Assembly: GCA_964187785.1 (NCBI GenBank)
Contig: OZ076413.1
Coordinates: 31,248,001-31,312,000, forward strand
Direction: 5' to 3'
DNA: 64,000 nucleotides
From: Amphiscolops sp. MND2022
Taxonomy: Eukaryota
Position 1 is the stretch's first letter; each line of letters starts with the position of its first letter. The notes under the pieces are model-generated. The model searched no databases, had not been told where the DNA came from, and saw only the letters and a program-made list of their open reading frames with translations. Below are positions 51,801 to 58,466 of this stretch, piece after piece. The position numbers and the translations under genes were made by a program.

Positions 51801-54800
51801 GTACTTTTCCTGGCTTGTGAGGGTGGAACACTGGGTGGTGCGGTAGATACCACTCACGCTGATTGTCAATTCTGAAACAGTCTGACTTGTCGACTTGAAC
51901 GATGTATCCCTTGTCGAAGTCGTCCTTAATGGTCTGAGCGTAACTCGCTTTCAGTTCAGGAGTTTTTTCGAATCGGCGTTCAAGGGATTTCAATTGCACT
52001 AAGGCTGAAAAATAGTTGTTCGGGAGACTACTCTCGTCATCAGCCCACAACATACCGACCTGATATCGGCATCCGTCATGATATGTTGTTTCTTGTAAAA
52101 TCTTCGACGCTCTAGCATCGTCAGCAGAGCGCGGGTCTATTTGTTTCATTGCAGCAAACGACTCCAATTCATACCAACTCCGAAGTTGATCGGCCAACTT
52201 GGAGTCAGCCTCGCTTTGCGTGACAGCTTTGAAGCAAGTCGAGACGAGTCCTGTAGTCGAAGGTAATGGTCCACTCAAAACCCAACCCAACGGTAATCGG
52301 ACGGCAATTGGGGTATTTTTTCGGTCGGATTCAAAATACTCCAACGGGCGGATTGAGTGGAACACGTCTTGACCCAGTATCATTTCGACGTCTCCATAAG
52401 TGTACTTGCTTAGAGCGACGGGCTCCAAATGAGGGTACTGTTGCTTCAATTGGTCAACATCAATGACATCGTTTCCAACATGCAAGTTTTTTCTGACGTA
52501 AGGTTTGACATCGAAAGTAGAGCAAGAGCCACCCGAATGAACAGGTGTCAACTTAAGCTCAACTATTTGAGTGTCAACAACTTGTTGAGAATTGATGCCA
52601 TGAACAGTTAGTTTGGTCGGTAAGCCCTTTACGTTCAACTTGGTTGCGAGATCTTCGGAGATCCAAGAGTGACTGCAGGCTGAGTCACACAGTGCCAATA
52701 CCTTGGCGGAAGTAGTCGAAGTGTGAACTTCAACTTCAGTAATTTGGAGCAGTCCTTTCACATCGGTCACGGAACAAACTCCGGAGCTCTCTCCAGCTTT
52801 ATTCACAGTTGTTTTGAGGTTACGCGATCCAGTTGCTTGGTTACTGGACGATTTCGGTGTCGTTTTTGGTTGGAAAACTCTCTCTGCGCCATGTAGCAGG
52901 GTGTTATGAGAGCTGTTACATCCATCTTTGTTGCACTTTCGTGGTTGCGGACATTGTCGGAAAGAATGGTTTCCTTTCAGGCAGGAGAAACAAAGTTTGT
53001 TTTCGGCAACAATCTTTGCTCTGTCGGTCGGCGTTTTATCAAGGAACACGCGACAGCGCCACAGTGGATGGTTATCCTTGCACACGTTACAGTTTAGTTG
53101 CACTTGATTTGGCTTAGTTCTGGATTCTTTTGAAGATGCGCTAGAACTTGTTGCGGCAAAAACTTTCGTACCAGTCTTTGTTCGAGTAACTGATTGCGCA
53201 CTTTCATCGCTCTTGGGCTTTGTGGTTGAGATTTTCATCCTCTCATGTGCTTCGGCTTTATCTTTCAACCATTCGTTAAAATCCAAGAGGGTTGGTCGGC
53301 TCCAATCTTTCTTGACAGTGTGCATAGACCAAGCTTCTCTCATGTTTGGGGGTAGTTTCTGCACGGCTTGACCCAATAAGGCTGCACTTGACAAATCGTG
53401 TTCGTATTTCAGCGAACGGAACACGCCAACCATAGCGGAAATTGTTGCAGAAAATGCTATCACATTCTCGCTGTTATGCATTTTCAATGGAGGGAAGCTA
53501 TTCAGTTTGTCAAGATGAGCAGACACAACTGCCTGTGGTTGACCAAATTTCCGCTCGAGCGTCTTCAGTGCATCTTGGTACATAGTCCCACAGTATGCAA
53601 ATTCCACAATTGCTGCCTTCGCTTTGCCTGTCACAAGCGTTTTTAAATACGTCAGCTTAACATCATTCGAGAGTGGTGCGGAGTCGATAGCACTCCTAAA
53701 CTGACCTATCCACTCGTGCCACTGCAATGGGTCTCCGCTATATTGCTCTAGTTTCCACTCAGGAAGATGGTCTTTTTTGGCAGCAGTCAGTAACTGCCCA
53801 AGGTCTTGGACAGCAACTGGAGTTAGCGTTGAAGGGGGAACGGTCGACTGGACTGTAGTCGGAAACGTTGAAACTGGAAAATTCGCGGCGGCTGCTGTAG
53901 TCTGTTGAATTGGTAAAGTTGTTGTTGGAAATGTTGTCGCAAGAGGGTTACAGTAGAAGGTTGTTCCTCCACTTTGGATTGGTACAACTGGTGTGAAAAT
54001 CCCGGTTGTGGTCACTATTGGTGTTGTAGTTGTGCTCGTTAACGTAACTGGTCCTCTTACAGGCTGCGGAACTGTAGCATGTACTGTGGGGAAGCTACTC
54101 GGAGCCGGAAATGTCCAAGCAGACAAGTTCGGTATGACATGGCTCGTTGGGATGTTGACTTGAGTCATTGTCGTAGTCGGAGCGAAAGACGGTTGTATTT
54201 GCGAGGACATAGTTAGAGGTTGCTGATTTACCACTGGCACTGTCACGGAAGAAACAGTGTTCGATGTGGTGTTCACGGTTGGTAATTGGAAATTGGGCAG
54301 TGGGTTAACCGCAGCAAGTGAAGGTGGAGTACTGTTTGGCTTTGGAATTGTATAAACGGTCGAAGTTCCGATTGGGGAAATCTGGCTTTGTCCCAGCCCA
54401 ATGTTAACATCAGCTAATGATCTCATCTCTAGCGTTGCTTGTTTCATTTGAACACCATCGTTTGATTCAGGAATGAATGCGGTGTTGGACGATCCAGTCA
54501 CATTGTTTAAATTAACTGTATTGGTCTGCGGTTGATTTGAAACACTATCAGGTTCATTGACTTCATTGACCCAGTCAGACACTCGCTGGGACGTGGTTTG
54601 CTTCGAGTGTGTACTAATCCGAGACAGAGTTTCACGAAATTCGTCGGTCGCTTGAGACAAGTCGTCAGTTAATTCCAATTCGGTGAGCTTGGCTTCGGCA
54701 AGTTTTCGTCTGTTTTCTTCTTCTAGTTCTTCCAATTGGAGAGCTTGTTCTTCTTCCAACCGCTGTTTTTCGCGTTCCAGTTGTTTTAGTGCTACTTCTT

Positions 54801-55305
54801 GTTTCTGTTTAGCCAAACGAATGGCGTTCGCGTTTTGTCGTTCTAGTTCTTCTCGGCGTTGGGTTGCTAGAAGAAGATCTTTTTGTCTTTGACTCGACGT
54901 TTTTGTTTTACCTGAAGTTGATGATCTTTTGGAGGCGCTTTTGTTGACTGTGCCGACTGATGAGCGGGACTTTACATCGGATCCGGTGCAACTGTCGATG
55001 TATTCACGAGCTTTTCTCAAAATTTCGTCGTTTTGCTCAGTGACTTCTCTCAACCATTTTTCTAAGTCGGCTTGAACTGTTTCCGAGTCAGAAGTTTTAG
55101 ATGCAAGCGTAATCAGCTGTTCGTTTCTGGTAAATGCTTTCGTCATTGCATCTTCGGTTTCCTTGACAAGACGTTCGACTCGAACCCTTCGATCTCCATT
55201 TGTAATGGAATCGAGTATCTTTTGTTGGAGGGTGTTCAACTCAGTCTGCGCCTTCAATCGATTGTCGTAGAGTTTTTGAACTTTTTCTTGTTGGGAATCT
55301 GTCAT
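48826..55305 (-). CDS. Bel/Pao gag-pol polyprotein (2159 aa)
   Basis: DUF1759-like gag (LPEWKLEQYSGDPLQW), three Cys/His knuckles, PR (ALCDSACS), RT (ADIEGMFLQ, YMDD), Pao RNase H (LHVFGDSS, WTDS), IN (HEKHCH..CVTC, GLDYFGP, SDNGTNF, GGVWER), and a C-terminal WLKEY domain. Confidence 0.97.
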   Translation of the reverse strand: MTDSQQEKVQKLYDNRLKAQTELNTLQQKILDSITNGDRRVRVERLVKETEDAMTKAFTRNEQLITLASKTSDSETVQADLEKWLREVTEQNDEILRKAREYIDSCTGSDVKSRSSVGTVNKSASKRSSTSGKTKTSSQRQKDLLLATQRREELERQNANAIRLAKQKQEVALKQLEREKQRLEEEQALQLEELEEENRRKLAEAKLTELELTDDLSQATDEFRETLSRISTHSKQTTSQRVSDWVNEVNEPDSVSNQPQTNTVNLNNVTGSSNTAFIPESNDGVQMKQATLEMRSLADVNIGLGQSQISPIGTSTVYTIPKPNSTPPSLAAVNPLPNFQLPTVNTTSNTVSSVTVPVVNQQPLTMSSQIQPSFAPTTTMTQVNIPTSHVIPNLSAWTFPAPSSFPTVHATVPQPVRGPVTLTSTTTTPIVTTTGIFTPVVPIQSGGTTFYCNPLATTFPTTTLPIQQTTAAAANFPVSTFPTTVQSTVPPSTLTPVAVQDLGQLLTAAKKDHLPEWKLEQYSGDPLQWHEWIGQFRSAIDSAPLSNDVKLTYLKTLVTGKAKAAIVEFAYCGTMYQDALKTLERKFGQPQAVVSAHLDKLNSFPPLKMHNSENVIAFSATISAMVGVFRSLKYEHDLSSAALLGQAVQKLPPNMREAWSMHTVKKDWSRPTLLDFNEWLKDKAEAHERMKISTTKPKSDESAQSVTRTKTGTKVFAATSSSASSKESRTKPNQVQLNCNVCKDNHPLWRCRVFLDKTPTDRAKIVAENKLCFSCLKGNHSFRQCPQPRKCNKDGCNSSHNTLLHGAERVFQPKTTPKSSSNQATGSRNLKTTVNKAGESSGVCSVTDVKGLLQITEVEVHTSTTSAKVLALCDSACSHSWISEDLATKLNVKGLPTKLTVHGINSQQVVDTQIVELKLTPVHSGGSCSTFDVKPYVRKNLHVGNDVIDVDQLKQQYPHLEPVALSKYTYGDVEMILGQDVFHSIRPLEYFESDRKNTPIAVRLPLGWVLSGPLPSTTGLVSTCFKAVTQSEADSKLADQLRSWYELESFAAMKQIDPRSADDARASKILQETTYHDGCRYQVGMLWADDESSLPNNYFSALVQLKSLERRFEKTPELKASYAQTIKDDFDKGYIVQVDKSDCFRIDNQREWYLPHHPVFHPHKPGKVRRVLNGAAKFHGVSLNSKLLTGPDLLQTLIHVLMRFRQHPYAVSADIEGMFLQVGVIPEDRPSLRFLWREDPATDVAVYQYVRHIFGSKDSPTCANYALQQTARDNRIQFLEAANSVENNFYMDDYLESSPTVNEATKKAQDLVEMLAKGGFNLTKFVSNVPGLVKIVDPKYQLPAESNEKVLVTNEETSHVLGLKWNHSRDTLVVSRGTTPDLNRPVTQRVVLSLVSAVYDPIGLAAPYTVTARLLLKDIWRLSGQQWDNNLPDNVSKKFLEWAAELPNLSEITIPRCYFRGTMRSVELHVFGDSSQDVFAAVAFLRARVSRNEMTETQLAFVFGKARVAPMKALTIPKLELQAALLAARLKDEVQQALTVPVERTFMWTDSTTVLQWLHSIDKKPVFVANRVAEVLELTTVDEWNHVPTADNPADAGTRGLPAKALFDSSWLKGPKFLMTPDWPFQPSEEILKNKLKNYDSNESNADSVYQETTANTASVTPNVLTLEWQRYSSYEKLLRIVAFILRILPRFSGNRTKTGAITDPVELESAEQKLFFLVQSETFPNETKNLLKTCSLSKPSVIKDFSPFIGPNGLLRAQGRTKHLEIANFDVKHPILLDSRHPAVRLFLEHLHEKHCHQGVEYLRALIQQKFAIVKLRTTLRTIQTRCVTCRKRKAETLTPIMADLPKERLVFSSRPFTNTGLDYFGPFYVSVKRSTEKRWGFLFTCLTTRAVHFEVVPTMDTSSCVMGIERFVSRRGIPSVILSDNGTNFVASEKELLQNVLKWNQQSIAESMVKKGVRWKFNPPSAPHHGGVWERLVRSFKHTFYAILGNRRLTDEILTTVFCLVEQSLNARPLIPASADATDLDALTPNHFLLGTAGSSLPSHSNCDFDHRKRYARAQAYSDAIWNRWLKEYVPTLNRRSKWCTQSNRQLKTGDLVWIVEPTNPRGYYPLARVIKLHFGSDAVARSAEVKTTSGNLVRPVVKLAPVLPSPDLIDLS

Positions 55306-55533
55306 CTTGCCTGTTTTTTTTTGTTTAGGCTAAAAGAAGACAGTCACGATGGGTCGCACGGTGTACGACAGATTAAAAGGGAACACGCTGCTGTTTAGGG
55401 TGGGAGTTCCTTCTGAACATCAACCGAGCAGTTAAGCTCGGACACAGCACAGAAAGGAAAGGAGGAAGCGGGTTGCAGCGTCAACCGGTCAGTTAAGTCC
55501 GGACACAGCTACAACTCGAGACGTGGGGGTGGT

Positions 55534-56136
55534 TTACTCGGTGGCAGCAGACAACGTGTTTTTTATTGCCTTGCGGGCGCGTTTAGAGGGTCGTTTGGGG
55601 CGACTACGGGCAGTAATTTGAGACAAATCATCTTCATATTTCAAAATTGTATGCAAATGTTTCAATTCCAGATCGGGGCTCTGATGTAGTGCCTTCAAAT
55701 TTTGCAAATAGTCTGAATCTTTTTGCTTTCGCAATGAAATGAGGTCTTTTTCAATGCTCAAGACTAGGATGTTAGTTTTCTGCAATTCGGCAAAAATGTC
55801 TGGCGTTCGGTCACGTTGGCAGTACACTAGAGCCCTGATCCTGTTTTGATATGATTTCAATACTTCAATTAAAGTTGGAACGGGAAGAGCACGATAAAAG
55901 TTACTCTTGTGCTTGCAAATAGTATTGTTTATAACATCATGTCAAATTATTAGGTCTTTTTCGTCTTTGAAGTCCTTTTCAATCAAGTTCTGAACTACTT
56001 TTTTAGGATTTTTTGCGTTAATGTTCAAGCTCAGGCCCGGTATGGAATAAACTTTTTCTTTTAGAGCGTTTTGATTTTCGGGGTTAATAGTTTCTATTGC
56101 ATGATGCAACGAACTAGCAGCTAATATGAAAACCAT
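55534..56136 (-). pseudogene. Accessory ORF with SGNH/GDSL-hydrolase-like motifs (one in-frame TGA)
   Basis: ORFs 55942-56136 and 55534-55860 are in the same frame and separated only by TGA at 55942-44: MVFILAASSLHHA..YSIPGLSL..DLII*HDVINNTI..ALVYCQR..ALHQSPDLELK. The fold assignment is by motif spacing only. Confidence 0.55.
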
Positions 56137-56343
56137 TCAGCCTTTTGCTGTTTGTTTTTTGGAAAAGTTCCCGTTTTTTGCAGTAGTTCAGAAAAATTCA
56201 CTCTATTTCACTTCAATTCCATAAAACAGTCTAGGGTACTTCACAGTAAATCACGTTGTTTTACGGTTTATCACGATATTTTCCAACAATTGTTTTTTTT
56301 TTTTAATAAGGCCTTGCTATCGACTAGCACACATCAAGGATAT

Positions 56344-56941
56344 TCAGTTAAAATTGTTCAAACAAATGTTTTTTTTTTCAAGTATCTCTACAGATTGCTT
56401 CTGATATAAGAAAAGTGGGTTTCGTCCAAAGTTACCAAAAGCAATCGACGTTTCGGGTCTTCCATGAATAATTCTGATTTTATCGCCCACTTTGACAGTA
56501 CACTTTTCACCATCGGGGATGCGATAAGTGTGGTCACCTGTTTGCACCAGACACGAGCTGCTGCTGCTGCTGTTGGTATTGCCAGCGTCAGCAATACCTC
56601 CTCCCCCATTCACTGTGCCATTGCTGTTAGCCACAGAGGCCACAGTCTGCTGCAAGTCTTCTTTCTGCAGCTTCTGCAGACACTTCTGTTTCAGTTTCTT
56701 CTGCTGCTTCAGCTGCTGTGCGTGTGTGGAAGCTCCTACTCTCTCAGGGTACTGTCTTCTTTCCCTGTCCCTTTCTGATACCACCACTGGTGCTTTGGTA
56801 CTGGGCGATGAAGCAGCCCGTATTGAGTCACCCTCCTTGGATGACGTAACAATCGGGGAACCCGCCCCGCTTTTGGGGTTAGAGATAGAGTCTACGGTAA
56901 CGGCGGATGTGGGGGTGGAAGCTGCCTCTCTATGGCCACCA
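56344..56941 (-). other. GC-richer, low-complexity open frame (S/T/Q/K-rich) in the Bel/Pao leader
   Basis: The frame is open from the LTR end through 56344 (GGHREAASTPTS...QQLKQQKKLKQ...NSSSSSS). It is the same frame as the SGNH-like ORF but separated from it by a stop-rich, AT-rich spacer. Confidence 0.35.
56928..56941 (-). promoter_or_regulatory. Primer-binding site of the Bel/Pao element
   Basis: TGGTGGCC.. immediately follows the 5' LTR, and TGG is complementary to tRNA CCA. I could not identify the primer tRNA. Confidence 0.7.
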
Positions 56942-57278
56942 TGTAAAATCTTTTGATTGATGCCAAAGATTTGTATGAGAAGAAACGTCTATTCAGCTTT
57001 TTAATGACAAATCCAAACAAGAGAATAATTACCGCCAGCTCAAAGTTTGATCACCAAATTACAAAAGAATATGACTCACTTTTTGATCTGAATAGCAAGG
57101 CCATTTCGAGAGTATTTTTACCGAAATCGGAGAAATATTTCCAAAATATAAAATATTTTGCATGTCCGGGAATCGAACCCACGCCGGTCAAATACCGGCC
57201 TTGTACTCTACCGCTGAGCCAAGCTGCCTTATAATTTGTTTGTTTTAAATTAACGATATTTGTATTGCTATCGCAACA
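56942..57278 (-). repeat. 5' LTR of the Bel/Pao element
   Basis: Direct repeat of 48346-48682, adjacent to the PBS. Confidence 0.97.
57159..57227 (-). ncRNA. tRNA-like Pol III-type unit in the 5' LTR
   Basis: Same sequence as 48563-48631. Confidence 0.65.
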
Positions 57279-57608
57279 CATCAGCTTGCAAGTTTCATGA
57301 ATGGCATTCTCGAAGGTCATTTGACAGCCATTTCATTACCAACGTCGATTTTAATTTAGAGAGGTTGCATTTTCACATATTCGTTGTGTCATGAAAAACC
57401 TTTTTTTTCATTATTTTTCATGAGAAATTTTTCATCATTATGATTGTATTTTTAACGACTTTCATGAAATTGAAATGTCATAATCACTGAATTAGCCGAT
57501 CACTTTCGAATTCCTATTCTTACATGGGAGAATTTTGTTACGGATTGCAATTAACGTTAGGAAAATTCAAAAAATTTTACACTCGCTGAAAAGCAGTGAA
57601 TCACAGAG

Positions 57609-57738
57609 ATGGATCGCAATTCTACTACCAAGAAATCCAACATATCCAAGAAAAACGTAGACGATAACAGAAGCAGGACAATTTCTCCTTCCATAAATGG
57701 CAGTAACGAACCGGAAGCAGTCGCAAAGGAGAGAAGCA
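57609..57738 (+). CDS. K2P (KCNK/TWIK-family) potassium channel, probable first coding exon
   Basis: ATG followed by a hydrophilic N-terminus. The GTAAGT donor at 57739 is phase 1 and joins in frame to the acceptor tttttaag|ga at 58180. Confidence 0.6.
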
Positions 57739-58179
57739 GTAAGTTTCAACACAATTTTAACATGACCAATTTTTTTAAAAAGCATACTTATTTGAGTATA
57801 GCCATACTTGCGCAAAGATTAGTTAGCGAATCAATTATTAACTAAGTTAAATTCTATTGGCCTCTTTAAGCCTGGTCTAAAAAACTGGGTCTAAAACAAC
57901 TGGCTAAACTGGTTAATTCAGAAAACTAAGCGCCACCACAATTGGTTCCAGGGACTGAAAAACACCAGAAAAGTTCCAAAAACAGGTTTCAAATAATGAA
58001 GAAATGTTGGTTAAAATTCTATTCAAGGTGCCGCTTCAAGAAAAGAAAGTATCGACCTCCCATTACAATTCAAAATATATATAGTTTTATGTAGTTACTT
58101 CATGCGTATTTCAAATGATACAGATAATTGGTCTAACCTTTAGTTTTTTATCATCGATAAAAGTACTGAAGTTTTTAAG

Positions 58180-58466
58180 GATGTTCAATCATCTTCAGAA
58201 GCTCCTATATCAGCCTCGTGATCATATTCATGGTGATGACCCTCTATCTAGTAATCGGTGCCATCGTGTTCTCGGAAATTGAAGAAGAAACAGAAATTAA
58301 ATCGAAGCGGCAGACTCAATTGAAGATGAAAGAGGCCTCTGAAGAAGCAATCACCAAAGTTGTCAACTTATCTGTGTCTTCAATTTGCAACCAGACCAGT
58401 TGGACTTTGGACCAATGCATTAACAGTGTCGATAAAAGAGAAGTCCACAAAACTGTGTTCCAATTG
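58180..58466 (+). CDS. K2P potassium channel exon: M1 helix and extracellular cap
   Basis: ..SYISLVIIFMVMTLYLVIGAIVFSEIEEETE.. matches the K2P M1 pattern YL.IGA.VF..lE. The GTAAGC donor at 58467 is phase 0. Confidence 0.85.

Larger units (their letters stand above)
48346..57278 (-). mobile_element. Full-length, very recent Bel/Pao LTR retrotransposon (8933 bp)
   Basis: Two apparently identical 337-bp LTRs (48346-48682 and 56942-57278, TGT...ACA), TSD CATCA (48341-45 and 57279-83), PBS-like TGGTGGCCATAG, PPT-like GGCCCGGAGGA, and an intact gag-pol. Confidence 0.97.

Noticed and set aside
56137-56346. All stops in the accessory frame are TGA or TAG, suggesting G-to-A hypermutation
   Set aside because: The spacer has long poly-A runs and stops in every frame, so the ancestral frame is unknown and the sample is too small.
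57159-57227. The LTR tRNA-like unit as a functional tRNA, UGA suppressor or self-primer
   Set aside because: The acceptor stem has two mismatches, the anticodon arm is displaced with no U33 or variable loop, and the loop has no TCA. Its 3' end (CATGCA+CCA) matches the PBS only over TGGTG.
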